A DNA stretch of 64,000 bases from Dipteris shenzhenensis (GCA_047967505.1 CM106538.1); one strand, 5' to 3'. Shown: positions 12,801 to 25,038, counted from the first letter of the stretch. Numbers and translations are program-made. The notes: a model not told the origin generated them from the sequence alone.

Positions 12801-14886
12801 ATGAGTTTTCTTTGAAGAAACTCTTTCATGAAAATAGGTTGAGAGAGGGTTTTCAATGTCACCCCCTATTAAGTAAAAGTTGTAAGAAGGATCATAAGGG
12901 AATTTTCATAGAGAAGTCTACTCTACATGTGGGTTTCTTCAAAAGCCATCCCATTATGCTCTCACCATTCCTACAGATTCACCTAAAGATTTTTGTATAA
13001 AATAGGCATTGCTATAATACTTTGCATATTTCTAAGTGAAACTATGTTTTCTTCTGATCGATTTTTGCCATATTTATGCATAGTTGGAAGCTTTTTTTTT
13101 TTTCCTTCGCTCGGACGCTTGGAAGATTTCGCTCAGAAAATGCTCGTCCCCTCCCACAGGTATACAATCAAGGATAGATGATGGATCATCTATTGGTGGA
13201 AATGATGAGCCAAATGTGACTGATATGAAGGTGGGACAGCAAGCTGAAATGCCCTTGAGAAGATCATCTAGAGTGTCTAGACTGCTTGATAGGTTTGTTC
13301 GAAGGATAGACTATGTGATGCTTACTGATTGCGGGGAGCCTTCTTGCTACAGAGAGGCTATGATGCGCGAGGATCAACGCAAGTGGGAGTATGCTATGCA
13401 ATCAGAGATGAGTTCACTTATGAAGAATAAGACTTGGGACTTGGTTTCTTTGCCACATGGAAAGAAAGCATTGCCATGTAAATGGGTCTACAAAATGAAC
13501 GTCACAGGTGATGATGTGCCTAGGTACAAGGACCATTTGGTCGCTAAAGGATTCAAGCAAGAGAAGGGTGTGGACTTTGATGAGATATTCTCTCCGGTTG
13601 TGAAGATGACCACACTTAGATGCATGCTTGGACTAGTGGCATTAGAGGATATGGAGCTTATGCAGATGGATGTCAAGACAGCTTTCTTGCATGGGGATTT
13701 GCATGAGGAAATTTACATGGTGCAGCCGGAAGGCTTTGAAGAAAAGGGCAAAGAGCATTTAGTTTGCAAGCTGAAGAAGAGTCTCTATGGTCTTAAGCAA
13801 GCGCCTAGAGAATGGTATCAGAATTTTGATGCTTTCATTCGGTCCCAGGGTTTTTTTAGGAGTGAAATTGATCACTGCCTCTACACTAAAAGGGCTAAGA
13901 ATAATAGCCTGATAATCTTGGCACTATATGTGGATGATATGCTATTGGCTAGCAAGAATACTTATGAGCTACATGCATTAAAGGCCAAGTTGCATGAGGC
14001 CTTTGATATGAAGGATTTGGGACTTGCAGGTCATATTCTTGATATGCACATCACGCGTGATCGGAGTAGGAAACTCCTTTGGCTTTCACAAAAAGAGTAT
14101 GTTACAAAAGTATTGCAGCGTTTCAATATGGAGGGGGCGAAGGCAGTGAGTACTCCATTGCCTCCATATGTGAAACTGAGTCATACAGATAGTTCCAAAT
14201 CAAATGAGGAAAGTGCCATGATGGCCAAGGTTTCTTATGCATTAGCAGTTGGGAGTCTTATGTATGCTATGATAGCTACTAGACTAGACATTGCATTTGC
14301 AGTGGGAGTTGTTAGCCGGTATATGGCTAATCCAGGAAAGAGGCATTGGGAGGCAGTTAAGTGCATCATGAGGTACAGGAAGGGTACCAAGGAGATGTGC
14401 ATCTGCTTTGGTAAAGGAGACATGCGTGTACTTGGGTACACAGATTCAGACTATGCAGGGCATGTGGATAGTAGGACATCCACTTCTGGTTATATGTTCA
14501 CCTTTGCAGGTAGTGCAGTGTCGTGGATGTCTCGCGCATAGAAGTGCATTGCTTTGTCTACCACAGAAGCTGAGTATATTGCAGCCACAGAGGACTGCAA
14601 GGAGACTATATGGCTTGATCGGCTAGTGGAAGATTTGGGGATTCATATAGGTGTACCGACATTGCATAGTGATTCCATGAGTGCTATTCAGCTAGCACGG
14701 AATCCGGTCTTTCATGCAAAGAACAAACACATTGAGGTCAGGTACCATTTCATCAGGGAGGTACTTGAGGACAAGCGCATAGAGCTTGTCAAGGTTCATA
14801 CAGATGATAACCCTGCAGATATGCTGAGGAAGAGTCTACCTAGTCAGCGGTTTGAGTATTGTTGTGTATTGATGGGCATTGGATAG
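9830..14886 (+). pseudogene. Copia gag-pol polyprotein (copy 1), broken by stops, a small deletion near 10918 and a 1-kb insertion
   Basis: Gag with degenerate zinc knuckle CYHYGKKGHMKKDC, protease WILDSGAS, integrase LVHSDVCGP/CLRTDNG, RT QMDVKTAFLHG and LYVDDML, RNase H YTDSDYAG / KHIEVRYHF. Confidence 0.93.
12155..13150. mobile_element. About 1-kb AT-rich non-autonomous DNA transposon (MULE-like, 9-bp TSD) inserted in copia copy 1
   Basis: CTCCCACAG duplicated at 12146-12154 and 13151-13159. Copy 2 has the empty site (agtactcccacaggtatac, ~39255). Imperfect TIRs GGGATGCGTCAATTTTACGAGC / rc GGGACGAGCATTTTCTGAGC. Confidence 0.85.
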
Positions 14887-16512
14887 TATGCTCATTGGTT
14901 GTTCTCGCTTAAAGGCACATTGTCCTTTAAGTGGGAGGTTGTGGGGGTTAAAGGTCACTGTGCCTTTACCACAGTTATGTACAATACTCAAACACATATA
15001 TAAGTGAATGAAAAAGAAGATTAGGGTGGTTCTGCACCCACCAAAACTTGTGTGGCTCTCTGTTTCTCTCTCTCCCTCTTCCGTTCTTGCTTTCGTTGAG
15101 AGCACGCTCACCAAGTACCAACATCCTAGATGCACTAAACAAAGGATTGATAAGTTTCTTTCCACTATGGATATAGTCTTGATCATGCAAACCAATAATA
15201 CTCCCATCAAATGTGATGTGTGCTATAAAGGGCCAACCCTTCCAAGGAATGCACAACCTAGGACATTGACAAGAAGAGTAATCTTGCAACATCAATTTTC
15301 TACACCTACTATCCCCATCTAAAGCATGTCCTATCAATGGACCTACCATGCCCCTTAGAAACATGTTTCAAGAACGCTGAATGCTCTCCCACTGTTCTTT
15401 GACAAACATGGAATCAAACCTATTACATGTGAATTGCCCCAATAGAACTAGCCCTGGCAAGCATTCAAGAAGAGGATTCACTATCAATACCTTTGCATAA
15501 TGAGCAATCACATTATGTTGAAAAGCATCCGCAACTCTAAGATATCCATCTTGACGATCACCAACTTGCATGACAAAGTCTGGAATGCAAGTGTGTTCTA
15601 GCTTTTGACCACAAAAGCCAACCAAATTATTATCATGTGCCACCCATCTCACTATTCTTTTCACAACTGTTTCATCCTCAACTAGAAGAACCGGCACACT
15701 ACCCAAGGGTATACCTTTCTTCATCATGTGACAAGTGTAAACTTCTCTTGCATGTTGAAATATATCCTCTTGTAAACCTGTTCGAAAGTAAAGTGCTTTT
15801 CTTGCAAATAATTCCTTTGTTGTATTGGAATATCTCTTCCCTTGACCTACTCTTGAAATTTTTTGTGAAATGTCAACAAAGAAGTTCCACAATGCCTTAT
15901 TTCCCTCAAACAGACCTAGCTCACGAGCATTGATTATATCTTGACAAAACTTTCTAACATCTTTCCTCACCATGGCTTCCATAGCGCTCTCCCGAAGACT
16001 CCTAACCTTCACGCTCAATGCAAGAACTTCAGTTCGTGTGAAGGCTTTAATACCCCAACCATTGTGGATTTTGTTTTTGCTACTCTCAATAACTATAAAT
16101 TGTCAAATAATCTAGCCATCTACCACCTCCTGTGTCTCCTTATCCACGAGTGTCTGAAGATTGAATTTGCTGATATACTCGCATGCGAAAGTCTCGTTCT
16201 TTAGGAATAGCAACACATGCACAACATTGCAAATTATCAAAGTGTGTTCCCTCCAAACATATCCACTTGCAATCCTTATAATGGAAAGTGGCATTAATTT
16301 CAATGAACTCTATTGTCCCCATCATAATTGTTGCCTTAGTTGCTAGCACATTGTGCCATTTGCCACCTCCCTTACTATCATCCAAAAATGGCTTTAAGTC
16401 AACCACATTCCCATCATAGTTATATGACCCTTGCCAAAAACCCCAACACAAGGTTGCAAGCAAGCTACTTTCTATGAGCAAAGAAGGAATCTGTTAAAGT
16501 TTCCAATAGACT

Positions 16513-16676
16513 TGAAAATTTGCCTAATGAAGAGAGAGCCAAAAGCCATATGACTAGCTACACCTAATATCTCTATAAAAAATAAAAAATAATGATTGAA
16601 AATAGAAGCCTGAAAATTTGCCTAATGGAGAGAGAGCCAAAAGCCATATGACTAGCTACACCTAACATCTCTATAG
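16513..16676. repeat. About 98-bp spaced direct duplication inside a transposase intron
   Basis: tgaaaatttgcctaatg.agagagagccaaaagccatatgactagctacacctaa.atctctata at 16513 and 16611. Confidence 0.8.
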
Positions 16677-17596
16677 AAGCAATGAGCATATGAGAAATAC
16701 CTAATGGCTTTCGTGATGCATTGGCAGTTTGCAAGGTGTCATTATCTATAAGAAAACATTACAATAGAGCATAAGGAAAAATGGTCACTTGGAAAATACA
16801 AAGTTGATGGAAAACACAGCTAGAACATGTGAGTTTTACCTTTAGCGGAACATTTCTTGAAAAAAGCACTTAGATCTCTTTGCTTCTTATCTATAATTGT
16901 CACCTTGGATGGGTGACCACTGGCCCTCTTCACTTGATTACTAGAATCAATGCCCCTAGCCTTTGTGATATGTAGCTTGGATTTCATATGCTCAATCATG
17001 CATTGTCATAGAGATCCTGTCTTTGGATATAGTGGTATCCACTTGTTATCTAGCATGCAACTTATATAGACTTTTGATAGAGTGCTATAATCTTCAATAC
17101 TCTCTGTTACTAGTTGAAACACCACATTATTCTCACTTGCAAAGGTTGAAACCTCCAGCGTTGCTTCATTTATTTTTTCTTTTCCTAATTCCATACTATC
17201 ATCCAATGAACCAAGGATCTCTTTTCTATGGCTCTCTTGCTCACGTAACCCAATAATCCTCATATGGGATGCTGAGTTTATGTGTGAGTGTGTGTAATTA
17301 TACAAAGTGTTAGGATCACCTTGACCATAAGACCAATCACACTCCTCACTTCAAATCTAAAACAATGCTTTACCATCCTTGTCCTTTGACATGAGCTCAA
17401 ATCTATCATGTCGGCCTTTTGCTCTTACCTTTTCTTTTGCTATCTTAATCTCCCTTTGCCATTTTTTGACCTCAGATGGTGTTGTAAGGTGACTTTTCAA
17501 TCGATTCTTAGAAACACTACCACATGTAGTCGAATCATCTACACCCTTGAGCGAGATCATGCATAAATAAACCTGAAGGAACTGTACACTTTGGCT

Positions 17597-17723
17597 GCAT
17601 TTTATTGCTCTCTCCAACTGAGTCCACCTTTTGGTGTTTGCATTGTGTATCATATTCCATTTTATTGCTATCTCCAATTGAGTCCACTTTTTGGCATTTG
17701 CCTTGTGTATCATATTCCATTTT
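17597..17723 (-). repeat. 60-bp coding tandem repeat (20 aa x2) in the N-terminal region of the P-like gene
   Basis: KMEYDTQGKCQKVDSIGDSN-KMEYDTQCKHQKVDSVGESN in ORF 17535..17957. Confidence 0.8.
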
Positions 17724-20525
17724 CAATTGGATGGTTACTTCTGCAGCATCAACTATCCATCTCTCCTCTTGCTTGGCCCCAATTGGAATTTTCCTAGATC
17801 CTCCCAAAAATATAAACTCATCTATGATGAGATTATCAAGGATGATCTCTTCTCTCAAGTCCTTGTAGCTACCACCGGTTTTAAGATGAACATATCCCAA
17901 CACATGATTTTCAGCCACACCCTCATCGAACACAATCACAATTTCATGCCTCTCCATGCTCTTATAAAAGGGCTAGATAACAAAAAAGGTGCCCAATAAG
18001 ATAATCTCAAATGGACAGTAAAACTTGTTGTAAAGTAAGGAAAATGAGGAAAAAAATAGTGCAAAATCCTCATTAACATGTTCAAAATGAAGGATGAAAT
18101 GGACATAAAATCTGGTGCAAAGTAAGGAAGAATCAGAGCTACTTCAAGCCAAAAATATCCTTTTGAAGCTTATAGCTGCTCTAGGCTAGTAACTTGTAAC
18201 AAATTACAACACTTGTAAACAAATTCCAACAAAAAACATGTGAGTTCAAGTAGAAACATAGGCCTTCTCAATGCATTATTTGTAGTAGCTAAAATCAACA
18301 AACTCACAGAGCTAATGGCCACCACATTGGCTTTTTGCAAAGGGTATTTCCACTATTACCATATCTAACACATGAGATTACGTGGACTTGCACTCTCCAA
18401 TTGCATCTATTCAAAATAGCAAAATCTCAACAAGCCCATATTAGGCATGTCATTTAATCAATGCAGTGCGTGAGATTAGAGCTCAAAAAATTCAATCCAA
18501 CCACAATCTGGCATATATGTCAAACCAAGCATCGTACAATAGAAATATCTTTGCATATCCTATAATTAATGTATTCCATGATACAATATCTCGACTTGAT
18601 AGATCGTCAAAATCTTCTTGGACATAGTTCTAGCCCATAGTTTTGTGGATGTATTCAGCTTATCTTCTCCTCGTCTACATATATTATTTTTTGTATATTT
18701 TGATCTAAAATTCCAGCAGCTACTGATCTAAAATTCCAACAAAATTTCTGATTGAGGGATCTAGCATAGTATTTCTAACATACATGTCAAATTGTTTCCA
18801 ACAAACACATTTCTCTCAATCCCATTTGTCTGATATTAGCATGTATTTGTCGGCCTCTTTCAAACATTCACCCTAGCACAAGCTCTCAGATGAACCTAAG
18901 TTTTAAGGAGCTGAGAAAAGTGAACCTCCCTCCTTGAGTTCTCTCTCTTCCCTCCTTTCTCTTCCGTAGCACCCCTCCAGACTCGTTCCTCTTCTGGCCT
19001 CACTTTCCCTCCTTGCTCGTCCCTCGCACCTGCGTTCTCCCTACCCCCCACCTCTCCCCTCTTCCCATGCATGTCCCTTCCCTCTCTCCCTCCCTCCCTC
19101 TACCTCCCTCCCATCGTCAGATCTCCAATCTCTCTCCCCTCCTTATTCGTTTGGTGGCCCCTCCCTCCTCGTCTTGCTCACCACTCTCTCCCCTCCTGCC
19201 TTCCCCTACCCCTCCCAAACTACCTTGAATACATGCTGCCTTCCCTGCCTTAACACGTCTCCGATATCCTTCAATCACCATCTACCTTTCCAGATTGTTG
19301 CTAGCCTTTACAAACCATTGTACTTAACCACCAGACTGCTCTTGACAGTCTGCTATCCCACTAGCCTCTTTGCCAGACTGTTGCACCTAGATCAAGACTA
19401 GTATTACACCTAACCATTTGATGATTGTGCTTTCTTTGAGTGCATAATCTCGTCCCCAATGTAGGAGTTTGAAATCCTTAAAAAATAAGGATGAAGATCA
19501 TGATGGCACCCACACTGGAGAACAACCAAGGAGAGAAAGTGCAAGAGAGAGACACAATACAAAATCAAAGATTTTTGACAAGACATAAACCAAGGGAATG
19601 CCTGCCTCCCTCTTTTCCAACTGAATTTGTAAGAATTGAATTCTCATAACAACAAAGCTACATGAATCACTCACTAGCAAAAAGGTTCGTTGCTCCCAGG
19701 CGTCCATCAATTGTTCTACAACTCCCTCCAGAAGAGAGACTTTGGGAACGGCCGCTTCATGATTGTGAACTGAATTGCCTGATGAAAACCCTCTGCCACC
19801 AAACCCAGACCTCCCTACGCCAGAAAAATGAGTCTCATGCTCTCCCTAAAAGAAGGATTCCAATCTTGCATATCGTTTCTTGTTTTAGAATTAAGTGCGC
19901 AAAACCACCTTTTTTCTTGATTCCTCAACATTGCCTCCATGCGAGAGCTCCAATGCGTTAGAGAAATGTTGATGTCACTTCAATGCCTCCATACCTATTT
20001 CACCTCAAAGTCATAGATCTAGAGAGATCACCCCTTCGGAACTCCCCTTCCCTGACCCCCGTAGCCTCCTTGCAGCCGCCATCGGCTTGAAAAATGAGGT
20101 ACCCTTGTGCGACCCCTCGCTTCTAGCTCACTTCTCCTTGCCTCTAGGTGTACAGCTGAGGAGAGCGCACATAAACTGTTAGGAGGAGCAAGAAGAGAAA
20201 TAGCTGGTAGAGCTGTGTATGTGAACAGCTTGGGCTGCTTGTGGCAACTCGAAGGAGAAGAAAAGGAGGGCTAGGTCGGCAAGCAGAAAAGAGGTGAAAG
20301 GGGCGTGAAAAGATAGCAGAGGGTTGGGCAGCTTGATTCGAGAAGGGGGAGGAAAATAATTCATTAAGATAAGTTTGCTAACCATACCCTAGGTTGGGGC
20401 TATTAACCCTGGCGGACTGTACCCTTAACTAATCATGTTGAAAAATAGGAAAAAAATTCTTTGAATTTCTTATTTCATCATGAGGGAGGACATACTTTGG
20501 GGACCAAAATAAAAGATTAGGGAGA

Positions 20526-20650
20526 GATGAGGAGGGGCACAGTACACACATATGAAGTGTACTTTAAAATGAGAGTGGATCATTTGAGATGAGGAGGGGC
20601 ACATGACACACATACGAAGTGCTGATCTCTTGAGAGTGGATCATTTGAAA
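20526..20650. repeat. About 62-bp tandem duplication
   Basis: gatgaggaggggcaca..acacacata.gaagtg....gagagtggatcatttga occurs twice. Confidence 0.75.
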
Positions 20651-22039
20651 TCTCCTATTGGTCAATGACAATTTAATTTGAGAATAGTCCCCGCCATTAC
20701 TAAATGGCCACATGGACAATGGAGCATTTCCCCCAAATTTGGCAATCTCCCATTGGTCCACCTCCAAATTTTCCCCTAATGCATATTGATTAGTTAGAGG
20801 CTGAATACATGCCCAAGAATGAACCCGAATTTTCAGCATGTGTCTTCCATGTGTTAGACCTCCCATAAACAAGCTTGACTTATGTAACTACAATATATTA
20901 AACCATTTCCTTTAAAGTAGGAAACTTGCAAGGCCATTTTTTACAAACACTCTTATAACCATAACTACTAATTTGAAAAGAACACACAATATAGTAAAGT
21001 CTTAGAATAGGCTTGAAATATTCTACATGTTTCCAAATTCAACGGAAAAGTTTTCACTTCAAAGAAAGCATTGTATTGTGGTTTGTAAACCTTCATGAAG
21101 TTGAATTCTTTACAAATTTATTGATTCATCCATTACCTGACCCCTTATTTGGATCAAATAATTCATACCAAAAGTAGAAGATGACAATGCACAATAATGG
21201 GGTGCTCAACTATGTGGAAATAGAAGAAACAATACAGTACATCACAACTTTGCTCCTTGAAAATCATTTGCTAGCAAATGAAACACAACCCTTCTACACT
21301 ACATCTCCAAAATTCCTTGATATCAATACAGTAAGAGAATAAGGGCAACTTGGGAGAACTAGCTTGTGGTCAAAATCAAAGAGTGAAAGAGTGAGAGGGT
21401 ATAGGTGTGGGTGTGGTGGTGTTCCTATGGCCATGTTTTGCTTAATCTGCTTGTAGTAAGGTATTACTATGGAACATTTCTTACACCTTTTTCCATATCC
21501 TTTTTTCTTGTTTTCTCTAAACATTAGCCCCTTTAATTTGCCACGATTAGTTCTTTGATTACCAGAATTAACAATAAGAATAACCATCAATGAAGGAGAC
21601 CCAATGTTAGTTTTGGGCTTAGTTCATGAACACCCAATGACTGACTTGTCAAAAGATTATTTGTGTGTCATTTATACATCTAGGTTAAAAATTAGTAGTC
21701 CCCTACATCTACCCCTCTACCCTTGCCTACCCCCCCCCCTCCCCCCAAACTTAAATTTAAGATTAGAAAAAAAATAAAAGGGCCCCCACCCGTAATGTAT
21801 AAGCTTATGTGTCATCTTAAAAAAAAACCCCTAGTGTACACTCACGTGATATCGTAAGGTTCCCCTTGTGAATCCCTCGAGATATACATATACACAGATT
21901 ATGTGTGTGTGTGTGTGTGTGTGTTACTTCTTATTTAAGGAAGTTACCCTATGGAGGAAGAGGAGAAGCCATGTGGAGGGAAAGGAAAAGCGAGAGGAGG
22001 TCATGAGAAAGCTGCTGCGTGGGGGGGCAGCCCCTCTAT

Positions 22040-23583
22040 GGAAGACTTATTGTCTCTGAATTTCCAGTGTGATGTTGTTAGCATTGAAGGCCTACACTAG
22101 CCTGGCAGTAGGGGAAGGTGGGGAGAAGCTTGACAGGGTGTCTAGAGAAAGGTAGAGTCATCCACTCCGAGTCCACTTCCATGTAGTAAACAGTGGCTTA
22201 CTATCAAATCTATTTGTGGGAATATTTTGATGTGGGGACATGGCGGATGCACAAAGGGTTTTTGACCAATTTCCCTATACTAATGTGTCATCTTGGTCTA
22301 CCATGATCATGGGTTATAGCAAGCAAGATGAGGGTGTCCTGGCTTTGGATTCGTATACTTGCATTCAATGGGAAAGCATCTAACTAGAAGCCCAAACATT
22401 CATTTGGGTATTGAAGGCTTGCAATAGCCTTGCAACACTAAAAGAGGGGACACGAATTGATAGGAAGTTCGAAAAAAATAAATGTTTGGTGAAAGGTAGA
22501 ACCCTGAACTCCAAAATTTTTAAGATTGTCATTGAGTTTGGCTTATTTGTGGGAACCACTTTGGTGGACATGTATGTGATATGTGGGAGCTTTGAGTGTC
22601 TTTAATGAATTGTACATGGAGTACAAGGATCTTGGAGTATGTCCAAAAAGAAGAAAATGAAGAGGCTTTTAGCCTTTCTGTACAAATGCACGAGCAAGGT
22701 CTATTGGCGTGTAGTAGCACCTTTATTGCCATATAAAATGGGGGGACACTGGAAGATGGAAGATGCATGAAGGGTTTTTGTATAATTTTCCTATCATAAT
22801 GTGTCTTCTGGGTCTAGCATGAGCATGGGTTGTAACAAGCATGATGAGGATGTGTTGGCTTTGGATTTGTATGCTTGGATGTAGTGGGGAGGCATCCAAA
22901 TGAATGCCCAAATATTCATTTGTGCATTGAAGGCTTGCAATAGCCTTGAATTGATGGAAGAGGGGAAGCAAGTTGAAGGGATGTTTAGAAAACAACTCTA
23001 AAGTTTTTAAGATTGGCTTTGAGTTTGATTTATTTGTGGGAACCACTCTCTATGGATTAACCTCAAAAAAATTTAGTGTACCATGTGCATTCAAACAGAG
23101 GGGTATTTTGATTAAACTTTTCAAAAATATTTAAAAGGATTACAATAACAGGAGGGGTTTTTAAATTTAAATTTAAGTAAAAATCACTTGTTCACAAGTA
23201 AAGAGGTGTGTTTTTATTGAGGGAAAAAAGTTAGTTGAGGGATTTTTTAAATACCCCTTGAATTCACATGATACATAGGGTTTCTTAGTATTGCACCCCC
23301 AAAGGAACCACTTTAGTGGACATGTACACGAAATGTGGGAGCATTGTGTGTCTTTAATGAATTGCATCGTCGTAATGTGTTGAACTGGAGTACAATGATC
23401 ATGGGGTATGTCAAAGAAGAAGAAAGTGAGGAATCTTTTGGCTTTTATGTGCAAAAGCATGAGCCACGTCTGTTGCGAAGTAGCTTTACCATTGTTGCCA
23501 TCCAGAAGGCATGTGGCAACACAACTTTGGATATTGAAAAGGAGATTGATTCTCAAATTAGCAAGGTCGCTTTTGAGATCCCG
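22040..23583 (+). pseudogene. PLS-class pentatricopeptide repeat (PPR) gene relic
   Basis: Fragments VFDQFPYTNVSSWSTMIMGY, TFIWVLKACNSLATLKEG, EFGLFVGTTLVDMYVICGS, VFNELHRRNVLNWSTMIMGYV, with multiple stops/frameshifts and a MITE insertion. Confidence 0.85.
23048..23303 (+). mobile_element. About 250-bp dispersed MITE-like repeat, copy A (in PPR relic)
   Basis: Flanked by duplicated GGAACCACT (23039-23047 / 23304-23312), which splits the PPR FVGTTLVDMY motif. Homologous to 27771-28015 and 31301-31565. Confidence 0.8.
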
Positions 23584-23730
23584 TGTTGAGACCCAATGGA
23601 GCTAGTCTCAAACCCGTCATAGACAGGTGATGTTACTTGTGTATCTTAATCTAACTTGGGGAAAGGTAATTGGAAAGGCCTTTACTTTCAATTGAGAAAT
23701 TTAATTGATTTCTTAACTGAAAAGGTGGAG

Positions 23731-24348
23731 TGTTAGATATGCTCAATGCCCCACCCTCCTGGTAACCAGCAGTGGTCCAAGGTGCTCAAGTTGTAAGGCC
23801 CCCATATGAGGAGAAGCCATGTGTGAGCGGGACACTGGATGGATCGTGACTTGCATGTCAGATGAGGTCTATCAATGAGACCGTTGATGGTAGAAAGGTG
23901 GTTGTGTGGGAGCCCCTTATTCTTGCTAGGGCCTAAGGGGGTCCCAAGGGGGCCAGTGGCCCCCCTGGTGGGGGTTCGGGGGCGAGAGCCCCCGAGGCGA
24001 CAGTATAAGGAATATTCCATGGACGACTAGTCGATTCCACCGACTAGGTTGACTAGTCGGTTCCACCGACTACGTTGATCCGACTACCACCCTCATAGCT
24101 ATAAAGAGGCGACCTCCCCAGTCCATTGGATCAGATCAATTGAGATCAGATTAGATCTTCCAACTAGTAGCTCTTCACCTAGTATCTGTCTAGATCGCCA
24201 TCTAAGCTCCATTGTGGGAGCGCACAGGTGGATGGAGCCATCATCTGTACTACATTAGTATTGAAGGAAAAGTTTGTTCGTCTCCAGTTTGCTGTGTACT
24301 CTCTATTCTTTGTTCAATTTCTGTTCCGCCGCGCCGTGTAATTTAACA
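23731..24348 (+). mobile_element. Solo LTR (618 bp) related to the LTRs of the copia at 55239-60750
   Basis: TGTTAGATAT...TTAACA with TSD TGGAG (23726-23730 / 24349-24353). Shares cccccatatgaggagaag and ggagcgcac blocks with the 55239 LTR. No internal domain. Confidence 0.88.
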
Positions 24349-25038
24349 TGGAGTACTCCAAAAGAAATTTCAAGCGATCAAACCCAAACCACTCCCAAGG
24401 TCTTATCAACAATAATCTATATGAAGGAGAATATAAGACCCTCATAAATGAGAGGGGAAGGGATCCTCCTCGCATAAAGAGAGGGTCAAGGTTCCTCATT
24501 GCTCTTTACCAATCCCTTTGCCTTTCCACAACTTCCCTCCTTCATGTTCCACTAATTAATACTTTTTTGAATTATTTTCAATTGGGGGGCGTATTTTTAT
24601 ACACGGTTGCGACTCAAAGCACAGGGTGCATGATTAAAAAGAAATTGATTCTACCTTTCTTTATAGAGAAACCTCCGCCAGTGAGCTAGCAATATGATTA
24701 ATTGACCTCATCTTATTGAATTGACAAGGTTTGAAGGAGTGACTCAAATTTTCAAAGTTTCCTTTATGGGACAAACCCTCCCACTCATTTTTCCACCTCC
24801 ATCCGTCCCAACTAAATGGTTGGGATTACTTTGAAAGAGACAATGTGACAAAATTCCATTATGTTTGAGTTACACGATTCCTCACCACAAGAAATTCGTG
24901 CATGTGTGTGTAGAGAGAGAGAGAGATCCCATCTTCCAGAGGATAAAAAAGTGAGTGGTGGAACGAGAGAGAGAGAGAGAGAGAGCATCTTTCATGGTGG
25001 AACTTTGTGGGGAAGGATGAAGCATGCTGTGTAGAGAA

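Larger units (their letters stand above)
8198..15110 (+). mobile_element. Full-length Ty1/copia LTR retrotransposon (Tnt1-like), copy 1, inactivated
   Basis: LTRs 8198-8365 and 14940-15110, TSD CCAAG (8193-8197 / 15111-15115), PBS TGGTATCAGAGC 8368-8379, PPT aagtgggagg just before 14940, gag-PR-INT-RT-RH order. Confidence 0.97.
5940..17960 (-). pseudogene. Intron-containing P-element-superfamily-like DDE transposase, disrupted by stops, a copia insertion and nested TIR elements
   Basis: Ordered minus-strand motifs: LVEDET (~15675), NLVGFC, GHALDGDSR (~15320), QDYIHSGKK (DxxH, ~15170), KDRQNWRVAQRI (~8090), NFISRETFIDIQLSCH (~7700), GSDACENFFSKVGG (~7015). The frame runs MLVLG|REFVTL across the copia TSD. 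GT-AG introns at about 16839-16747, 16700-16491 and near 7880-7774. Outer boundaries are approximate. Confidence 0.75.

Noticed and set aside
18700-21100. Candidate 5' terminus/TIR of the P-like element
   Set aside because: Could not find by eye an inverted match to anything at the presumed 3' end (3700-5900), so the element ends are left undefined
23584-24880. Second LTR starting TGTTGAGA at 23584 that would host the solo LTR
   Set aside because: No matching CA end with a duplicated TCCCG flank was found
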